From positions 12,809-48,654 of the forward strand of contig CAJFCJ010000117.1 in NCBI GenBank assembly GCA_904063045.1: a stretch of 35,846 nt of DNA. The letters are read 5' to 3'. The stretch is from Dimorphilus gyrociliatus (taxonomy: Eukaryota > Animalia > Annelida). The notes under the pieces are model-generated. The model saw only the letters and a program-made list of their open reading frames with translations. It was not told the DNA's origin and made no database searches. This document shows, one piece after another, positions 21,833 through 30,020 of the stretch. The stretch's first letter is position 1, and each line of letters opens with the position of its first letter. Made by a program: the position numbers and the translations under genes.

Positions 21833-22876
21833 TTAAATTAATGAAACTCTCCTTCCAAAACATTCCAATAAATTCCAATTTTTTGACCAAGAATGATCAT
21901 TATAAATTTCCATATGTAAATTTGAATTTCCTGTTAAAAATTCTTTGAAAAAATCAATAAAAATATATTTAAATTGTATCTTTAATTTAATTTTTTTCAA
22001 ATTAGAAAAACACGTCCATCTTTGATTTTCATTGTTTAAAATTTCATTTAAGAATCTATTTTCAAAATCTAAAATTAAATTAGGATTTATAATTTCTAAA
22101 TGTTGTAAATTTTTACAACTTTTTAAAAATTTCCCACAATTCACACCAATTTTTCCATTTAGTGAACAATTTTCAAATTTTAATATCTTTATCATTGAAG
22201 ATGATGAAATCAGACCATCAAAAATATATAAAATTCCATTGCCAGGATTAGATTTTGGTGAGAAAATAAATATTTTAATGTTGAGTAGTTTCTTAAGAAA
22301 TTGTCCAAAATATTTATAATTTAAATTTGAATTATTTAATAATACAATTGAATTTAAATTTTTACTCCAACTATTTAAAATTGTTCCATTTAAAAATTGT
22401 TTACAAAACATTGATAATCCTCCATTAGAGCATGTAAAATATTTCAAATTTTCACATCTATTAAAGAATTGTCTAACAAATTTTTTTGATGAAATATTTT
22501 CACATGAATTGAATTTTATAAAAATTAAAAATTTACTATCAATTTTTGGTAATAACTTTTTCATTTTGGAAATATTTGAAACATCTAAATATTTGATTGG
22601 ATGTCCTCTAAGAAAATTAAAATTTACCAGTTTTTCAATAGTAAATAATCTTAATGTTATACTGGTAAATGTTGTAATATCTGAGGAGAAGAATGATAAT
22701 TCTCTCGATGATAATGGTGGTTTTCTATTAAATCTTTTTTCAATTATTTGTCTAACAATTGAAATTGGAATTGAAATTTTATTCTTCCTAATTAAATCGC
22801 TCATATCGCCTAAATGATAAATGATATAGTTCATCGATAAATTGTATAATGATTCAGGAATCATAGTTGTCTTCAT
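21833..22876 (-). CDS. BC-box/Cul2-box (VHL-box)-like protein with RNI-like leucine-rich repeats
   Basis: N-terminal PESLYNLSMNYI (BC-box-like) and IPISIVRQII (Cul2-box-like), followed by LRRs such as IKYLDVSN, LKYFTCSN, IKILKFENCSL and LQHLEIIN. Single long ORF. Confidence 0.72.
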   Translation of the reverse strand: MKTTMIPESLYNLSMNYIIYHLGDMSDLIRKNKISIPISIVRQIIEKRFNRKPPLSSRELSFFSSDITTFTSITLRLFTIEKLVNFNFLRGHPIKYLDVSNISKMKKLLPKIDSKFLIFIKFNSCENISSKKFVRQFFNRCENLKYFTCSNGGLSMFCKQFLNGTILNSWSKNLNSIVLLNNSNLNYKYFGQFLKKLLNIKIFIFSPKSNPGNGILYIFDGLISSSSMIKILKFENCSLNGKIGVNCGKFLKSCKNLQHLEIINPNLILDFENRFLNEILNNENQRWTCFSNLKKIKLKIQFKYIFIDFFKEFLTGNSNLHMEIYNDHSWSKNWNLLECFGRRVSLI

Positions 22877-23375
22877 TTTTTTTCCAGTTTAAAACAATCC
22901 ATCTGTTTTTGTCATTGAAATTGTCTCTTTCTTTTTAAATGCCAATAATATTTAAAATATTACCTAATTTCCTTATTGGATAGGAGTAATGGTGTCTTTT
23001 TAGGGCTGAAAAATCTCTCATGTTGTTAATGTTGTTATTGTGTATTTATAACAGAGAAAATTGAAAACAATTCCAAATTGGTTTGGCATATTTTTTCAGT
23101 GTCCTTATTGACCAAAAAAAACCAATAAGATTGATTAATTAATTAGCTTTTGTTCTTTATATTTTCATTGGTATAACCATAAAACCACAGTCTCTACAGT
23201 AACTTTTTGTTACAAAATACCTGTTTATTACTACATATCAAACCGTATTAGATTTATTGTTAAACACTCATTGTGCACACTCCGTCTAAATGAATGCTTA
23301 ATATTTTTTAGAAAAGGTCAAGGGCATTTATTAATAACTAAGAAAACAGGATAAATCTAATTGGCAAACAAAATA

Positions 23376-25871
23376 TTAAATAATTAATGATACTCTGGAA
23401 TATTTTTGCTGTAGATATGCTCTTATTCTTTCGGTAATTCTGCATTCGTTTAAATATAATTCCTTTAAAGTTAATGATGAACTTTGAAGAGCTTCGATAA
23501 TCTTCTCTAATCCTTCTCCCATTTCAGTATTTCCGGTTAGAGATAAATACTGAATTTGAGATAATTTTCTCAATTCAACTGCAATTTTACGGCAAATTTG
23601 TGAATTTAAATTACATTTAGATAAATTAATATCTTTCAAAAATGGTGAACATTTTCCAATCTGTTTTAAAATATCAATTAATCCATTTTTCATATCTGGA
23701 TTTCCGGTTAATTGTAATCTTACAATACTTTTAAATTTCTTCAATTCAACTGTTAAACTTTCGCATAGCTCAACATTTAAATTACAATCACTTATTTCAA
23801 TTGATGTTAGAGTATTACACGAATCTCTGTAGACGCTTTTCAATCCTTTTCCTATCATTTGATTCTGACTTAGATTAAGAATCTCGATTCGGCAACATTT
23901 TGTCAAAAGTTGAGAAAGATAATTGCAATGTTCTTCATTCAAATTGCAATTTTTCAAGATAAGAAGTTTTAAAGTTTTAGAAGAGTTTTCCAGTCCTTTA
24001 CAAAAATCTTTAAATACATTTCCAGTTGATAAATTTCTATTTCCGGTTAGATAAATCTCTTCCAGTCTCTTACATAATTTTATTAATTCTGCCAAACTTT
24101 TACAAGTAATCTCATCTAAATTACAATCCGTCAGAGAAATAAATGTTAAAGTGCTACTGGAATTTTGCAGTTGATTGCAGATATTTGATGAATCATAGTT
24201 CATATTTAGATTTCGTTCCAAATTAATAAATTTAATGGAATAACATTTCGTTAACAGATTACCAATACAAGCCGCCATTTTCTTGGTTATACCACCATCA
24301 TGAAAACTAATCTTTTCTAAACTGTTAGATGATTCTTCTAACCCTTTACATAACTCAGAAAATCCATTAGTATCATTCTTATCCATTCCTAAATTATTTC
24401 CAAAATCAATTATCCTAATTCTAGGACAATTGATAAGTAATTTTCCAAGATGTCTACAAGCTTTATAGTCTAAATCACAATTATAAAGGTCAATGGAGGT
24501 TAATGAATTATGAATAATTTCAATGCAATTGAATATTTCATAGCCAATTATTTGATTTTTTGATAGATTTAATTGTTGAATTTTTGAACAATTTTTCAAT
24601 AATTTTCCAATTTGCTTCAATGAATCTGTGTCTAAATTACATTTTTCAAAATTAATATTTCGCAATGTCTTGGAAGATTTTTCAAAAAGAGCTTGACAAA
24701 TTCTTAATAATTTATCACCAATATTTAAATTATTTGATAAATTTAAATATTCAAAATTACAACATTTCAATAATAATGACGTTATTGATTCGCACTGTTT
24801 TGCATTTAAATTACAATTACTTAATTCTAATGATTTTAGAGTAAATGTTGATTTTTTTATATTTTCACAGATTATCATTAATCCATTTCCCATATTTAAA
24901 TTTTGTGATAAATTTAAATGTTCAATTACGTTACAATAATTTAAAATCCATTTTCCAATAGTCTCGCACATATTTTCAATTAACATACAATTTTGTATTA
25001 TTAGAACTTTTAATGTTCTAACTGAATTGTTTAGGTTTAAACAGATTTGTGATAGGTTGTTACTAATGAATAGATTATGAGATAAGTTAATCTCTTCTAT
25101 ATCTGAATTTGTTTGTAAAATATTTAATACTTTTTTCATATCACTTTTGAAAAAACATTTTTTTGAAAAATCAAATTTTTTTCCTAATTTTCTTCCAAAT
25201 TTTCTTTCAATTTGTTTATTGTCGATTTTATAATGAATTTTCACGTCATTTTCAATAGAAAACGTTACGTTTTCGTTTACGAATGTTTTTAAAATTTCTA
25301 CATCAGGTAATTGATTACCTTTCGAAGGGATAATTGAATTTATCATTTCCAATCTCTGATCGCTAATTTCGTTAATTTCATTATAAATGTTATCCAATTG
25401 TTTGTCAATACTTATTTTCAATTGTTGCTTAATTTCGTCAATTTTTTGTTTATATTGTCGCTTTTTCAACAGTTCTTTCTCTCTGTATTGCTCAATGGTT
25501 TTTTCGTGTATTACCATTGTTGTAATATTACATAATTTGTGGTTTTCTCTAACGCATATGTCACATAAATATGGTATGTTGTGATCTATACAGAATATTG
25601 AAGTCTCTTTTTTATGATTTTCACACCAATTCCTTGTTGGCGTTATTATACTCTCTGGTAAATCAATAATTCCATTAGTAGGTATTTTACAAGCTTCTTT
25701 GCAAGTGAAACAAATAATTTCTCCGTTCTTAACTTTTGATTCTTCTTGTAAACATTGCAAACAAAACGTATGATGGCACGGTAATGTTTTTGGATTCCTC
25801 TTTAACCATAATTTTGAACAGATAGCACAAGTGACTAAGTTCTCTTTAATCGAATATTCGACGGTAGCCAT
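23376..25871 (-). CDS. TRIM-like RING-B-box-coiled-coil protein with ~20 RNI-like LRRs
   Basis: RING CAIC..LPCHHTFCLQC..CFTC; B-box-like CENH..FCIDH..LCDIC..NHKLC; a charged coiled coil; then ten ~56-aa A/B LRR pairs (LNLSxN / LxxLxLxNC). The likely start is MATVEY at 25871; the ORF is open to 25958. Confidence 0.88.
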   Translation of the reverse strand: MATVEYSIKENLVTCAICSKLWLKRNPKTLPCHHTFCLQCLQEESKVKNGEIICFTCKEACKIPTNGIIDLPESIITPTRNWCENHKKETSIFCIDHNIPYLCDICVRENHKLCNITTMVIHEKTIEQYREKELLKKRQYKQKIDEIKQQLKISIDKQLDNIYNEINEISDQRLEMINSIIPSKGNQLPDVEILKTFVNENVTFSIENDVKIHYKIDNKQIERKFGRKLGKKFDFSKKCFFKSDMKKVLNILQTNSDIEEINLSHNLFISNNLSQICLNLNNSVRTLKVLIIQNCMLIENMCETIGKWILNYCNVIEHLNLSQNLNMGNGLMIICENIKKSTFTLKSLELSNCNLNAKQCESITSLLLKCCNFEYLNLSNNLNIGDKLLRICQALFEKSSKTLRNINFEKCNLDTDSLKQIGKLLKNCSKIQQLNLSKNQIIGYEIFNCIEIIHNSLTSIDLYNCDLDYKACRHLGKLLINCPRIRIIDFGNNLGMDKNDTNGFSELCKGLEESSNSLEKISFHDGGITKKMAACIGNLLTKCYSIKFINLERNLNMNYDSSNICNQLQNSSSTLTFISLTDCNLDEITCKSLAELIKLCKRLEEIYLTGNRNLSTGNVFKDFCKGLENSSKTLKLLILKNCNLNEEHCNYLSQLLTKCCRIEILNLSQNQMIGKGLKSVYRDSCNTLTSIEISDCNLNVELCESLTVELKKFKSIVRLQLTGNPDMKNGLIDILKQIGKCSPFLKDINLSKCNLNSQICRKIAVELRKLSQIQYLSLTGNTEMGEGLEKIIEALQSSSLTLKELYLNECRITERIRAYLQQKYSRVSLII

Positions 25872-26103
25872 TTTTTTCTTTGGTCTAATTCTCTTCCCTC
25901 TACAGACAATGATTCTTTTACTATGTGTATTATGACTATTTATGACTAATTCATTCAAAAATATCGATCAGTCTAACGGAAGGGGGAAATGATTTAGCTA
26001 TATGGTTTTTTTGAATCGAATATCACATTTATTATGATTATAAAGTAGAAATTTTAACAATCAAAAATTGAACGCATACGATATTGTGAAATACAAAAAA
26101 AAT

Positions 26104-26642
26104 TTATGAACATATTTCAAGACTATCAAAAGCATCAATACATTCATTAATGAGGATCAGGGCTTTTGGAACACTTTCCAAGTGCGTAAAATCTTTTATT
26201 TGGATTTCTCTATCCAAATACTTCGAATTTTCTTTTTCAATTCGGTAGTATAGATGTTCCGCTTTCACAAGGAAAGCATCGAAAATTTTCTTCTGTCCAT
26301 CCTTCAAAAAGTCTTTACTATTTAACATTACGTCCCAAAATTCTTTTAGAATAGTCCCTACAATACGAAATCTTTTAACTTTCTTTCTAGATAGCTTGTA
26401 AAGAATTAAGGCTGGAGTGATGATACGATGATTTTTCCATCTCTTTTTCTGTAAATGATACTTTCAATATTAATAATAAAAAAAGAAAATTTCCTACTCA
26501 CATTATTCAAGATATTTCTGTAAACTAAGATTTCCAATCTGTCCTTCTGTAATTTGAAACATGGATTCTGTTTTACTAGTGGTTCAGAAACATGTGACAA
26601 AGTCATAGTGCATACAAAAAGAAACCAGAAAGAGCGTTTCAT
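26104..26642 (-). CDS. Small secreted orphan protein (161 aa, two exons)
   Basis: Signal peptide MKRSFWFLFVCTMTLSHVS. A phase-0 intron at 26449-26501 (GTGAGT..TTTACAG) joins the two track ORFs into one stop-free CDS. Confidence 0.7.
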
Positions 26643-27247
26643 CCTGATGATCTCTAGCTTAACAAGATCAATCTGACGCTTACAGGGATAGGGAGGCTAG
26701 TTTTTAACTGTAAAATATTGCATAATCGTTTCTTTTAAGGCATAAAAAGAGACTTATTTAAATAAAATTCCATGTGTATTCCTCTCTCTAATGAATAATC
26801 ATAGTTTTGCTTCCAATTGACCTACTTCAAACAGGGTTTTTGACTGGTTTATTTGATTTACCCATTTTGCTTCTTCATTTAAAAATTACCAAAATCAGTT
26901 ACTCTTTCTTTACACTTAATGATTATAGATTTAGATATGAAAATTTATTATAGGCCTATATTTGTAAACTATTTTAAACTCATAACCTCTATTAAGTATT
27001 CAACCATTTACTATTCAATATACAGGTAAAAGCACAATTGAAATGATCAAAGGGTTTTTTTAAGCATAATGAGAATCATATATTTATAGACCGGAACTTC
27101 TAAATTATTTGCTCAGGAAACTTTTTTAAAAATTTCCCATGAATCTCTGATTGCTTTTACAGAAATTCTTTGAAAGTCAGCTGGTTTCTTGCATCATACT
27201 ACATTCTGTTTGAAGAAATAGTTCAAACATCTAGTGAAACAACCTGT

Positions 27248-27439
27248 GTTATTGTTGAAAACGCCCACTCTTATGGTTTTACCCTAACCGTAACCCAGCC
27301 CTGGACGCTATTTTAAGTGTTTATTGTTTGGTCCCACCTAATTAAGTGAAAGTTAAAGTGACACCGACGCAATTCCAGCCAATAATCAGAACATTAGTTA
27401 TAAAAAGTTTAAAACCACTAGTGGACGTTTTCAATAACC
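27248..27439. mobile_element. MITE-like element related to 6988-7197 and 34806-35014, in opposite orientation
   Basis: Inverted ends GTTATT(GTT)GAAAACGCCCACT / AGTGGACGTTTTCAATAAC. The subterminal TTTTACCCTAACCGTAACCCAGCCCT is the reverse complement of the AGGGCTGGGTTA..TTAGGGTAAAA block in the other copies. Confidence 0.65.
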
Positions 27440-28278
27440 ACCAATTTTTTGTGCTACTGTACAACTCTGGTTATATTTAACATGAAAATTTAACAAGAAA
27501 ATGCCATAACATTGGCCCAACAATGGTTTGATTAGTCAGCTTGAAGGCTCATCTTTAATTACGAATAAAGGTTTGGCCAAGTTATAATTTAATTAACTTG
27601 CCTAGGGTGTGGCCAAGTTATAATTCAATTAACCTTCCTAAATGTTCAACCTTGTAACATCCTCTTACTAAACATAAATATGAACTACACATTTCGGCAA
27701 CTGTAAAGTGATGATTGGATGTCAGAGGCAAACCTCAAAGTATATAAATCATTACTATTCTCATTCTGCATGCAGCTTCCATCTGGACCCAAGGACCTGG
27801 GAAGATAAGCTGGAAACAACCTCCACTGGAACCATGCATCTACTCCTCAACATTGGAAGACAGTTTGGTAATTTGTCAACCTGCTATTACAAACTATCTA
27901 CTCTGCTATTGAACTCTCATATTGTTACTTGCTTAAGTATTATTATTGCAAATAAACCATTTTAATTTTAAACACTTGTTTAAAAGGTTCGAGTAGAACC
28001 AGTATTGTTATAACTTGCAAGAGCAGTACAGTGTCACCTTTTAAAGGAACAGATTATATTAAATCACCACATGACATAGATTCATCTCTCTTTGTTTTAC
28101 AAAATATCATTTTCAGTTTTTCAACAGAATGCCAGTATTTCTCAGATAAGATATGTGAAAATCACTCTTGACCAGTCCAGATTTTCAGCAATTGTTTTGA
28201 GGCAGTATTCTTTTCTTCTTGCTCAATCCTTAGGTGTAAGATTAACTCTTTGTCTTATCCTTTTATATTTATAATTTT

Positions 28279-28507
28279 GAATTCAAATAAGCCAAATGGT
28301 GTAATGAAAGCAGGTTTCTCCTTATTTTCCTCCTTATTGGGAACATTTGTGAAATGCACTTGTTAGATCCAATATTGAAAAGTGTCTATGACCTCCTCCA
28401 AGTTTGTCAAATAGATCTTCCTGATATGGGATTGTGTAGCAATTTCCCTTTGATTGCTAGCTGAGTTTCTTATAATCAACACACATTCTTAATGCTCCTT
28501 CTTTCTT
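28279..28507 (-). mobile_element. Ty3/Gypsy reverse transcriptase remnant (pseudogenised)
   Basis: Translates as KKEGALRMCVDYKKLS*..YTIPYQEDLFDKLGG..FSILDLTSAFH, then after a frameshift EENKEKPAFITPFGLFEF. These are canonical N-terminal Gypsy RT motifs. The ORF at 28541-28783 may be upstream pol linker. Confidence 0.9.
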
Positions 28508-28832
28508 TCATGATACCTTCATGGCTCTTGATCATTTCTTTTAATTCTTCTCTGCTCTCGTTGATATTATTTTGGACACATGTAAATAATTGTCAGTTTC
28601 TAATGTATTTAAATTAATAATGTTTACATTTTGATTAGGCAAACATTCAAACTCAATGCTTTCCTGATGTAATTGTTCTAACTCGGGAAAAGTTGGAATT
28701 ATCTCTGGTTTCTTTTCAATTTTGATGGTTATTCCATCTTCCAATTCAATGTATTGTAGCTTTATTTCAATTGTTGAATTCAATTTTTCAGGTGTGATTT
28801 CAGTCTCTTCTTCAGAGGAATTTATAAGAATT

Positions 28833-28925
28833 GTGCACTTTGGTATAATGATATATTAATATTCAGACTTTAGATATAAAGGTACATTAGAAAGACTTTC
28901 TATTTCATAGCAATTAGAATGGTGG
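28833..28925 (-). repeat. Dispersed repeat, inverted copy of 35512-35604
   Basis: The reverse complement CACCATTCTAATTGCTATGAAATAGAAAGTCTTTCTAATGT..ATATCTAAAGTCT..AAGTGCACA aligns to 35512-35604. Confidence 0.75.
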
Positions 28926-29046
28926 AAGTTGTGTTCGATATAACAGTCTTTCATATTTTTGTTACATGAGAATTATGAGACCATCAGATTGCAACTTTGT
29001 AATCTTTTAACCAATTGAACCCAAGCTTTGGCCAATGTACCAGCTT

Positions 29047-29122
29047 GTCAGTTCAGTTTTTTAACTGTAACTGGTTGTTTAAAGGAGCAGAAATTCCTAC
29101 AATTACAATACAACAAAGTACA
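29047..29122 (+). repeat. Shorter copy of the 9234-9501 repeat
   Basis: Shares both conserved segments but lacks the ~195-bp middle. Confidence 0.7.
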
Positions 29123-29313
29123 GGTATAGCGGAAGTTATGTTTGTTTCAATTAATTCTTTATGGGTATACTATTATTGTTATATTTAAATATACTTTGTG
29201 AATAAACTTGTAATTATTTTATCACATTATTAGTTGTTTCTTATAGATTCAGATATACAAAACTAGGTCATCATCCATTGATCGGAAGAGTTTTGACTTA
29301 AAAAAATCTTTTA

Positions 29314-29570
29314 CATATGTCCCATATTGGCTTCAATAATGTTGAAGTCTGGGCAGTTGGGTGGCCATGGATGCAATGTTTCAACTTTCTTTTTCTTTAT
29401 TTTGCTCTGGCTGCTGTATCCCTCTATAATAATTTGCAACAACATACTTGCTCAATATCTTGTTATAGTCTGATGCTGTCATGTGATTAGATGCTAAAGC
29501 CAACTCTATCTCAAAATTTAATATAGCCAAAAATCATGATACTCCCTCCTCCAAAATTTCACTGTTTTTT
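29314..29570 (-). mobile_element. Tc1-like transposase remnant
   Basis: KTVKF-GGGSIMIFG (the TVKHGGGSVMVWG motif), MTASDYNKIL and WPPNCPDFNIIE (the WPPxSPDLNPIE motif), with frameshifts and stops. Confidence 0.85.
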
Positions 29571-29997
29571 GTTACTCACCTCCTCAATGGTCGCGGCTGT
29601 AGTCAGTTTAAGTTTTTAGGGAGCGACAGGTGAGATTTTCCTCACAATCTCATTTTGTTCAAAAATTATTCATTGATTTTCAGTTTTAGCCACGTAGTAA
29701 AAGGAGAAAACTAGTTTTTTCTTTATTTTTTCATTAATAAACACTCATTGTTGTCAAAATAATACTGAGAGTCGTTTAAATTGATAAAATCGTCATATTA
29801 CTTTTTAATGATTAGCAGTTTGTCTACAGTTCTCATGCTTTGTAGTTAATAATTAAAATATAATTAACTACTAATCAGCGACTATATTGATATATCATTA
29901 TTTTAAAATTTGTATTCATTGAGATCAATACACGATCTTCTTGTATAAAAAAGAAGAAAGAATTAAATCAAACTTGTTTTAAAAAATTGTTTTAATC

Positions 29998-30013
29998 CTC
30001 TCTCTCTCTCTCT
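29998..30013 (+). repeat. (CT)n microsatellite directly upstream of an ATG
   Basis: About 8 CT units ending a few bp before the start codon at 30021. Confidence 0.85.
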
Positions 30014-30020
30014 GGAAAGT

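Noticed and set aside
21362-25584. Plus-strand ORFs 21362-21679, 22032-22319, 22509-22817 and 25387-25584
   Set aside because: AT-rich or antisense open frames with I/F/K/N-biased composition and no motifs.
27708-28274. Plus-strand ORFs 27708-27965 and 28092-28274
   Set aside because: They lie in decayed TE-derived sequence next to the Gypsy remnant, with no recognisable domain.
29619-29662. GGGAGCGACAG resembling the MITE terminus, and a TGAGATT/AATCTCA hairpin
   Set aside because: No partner TIR or internal homology was found, and a 7-bp stem is within chance.
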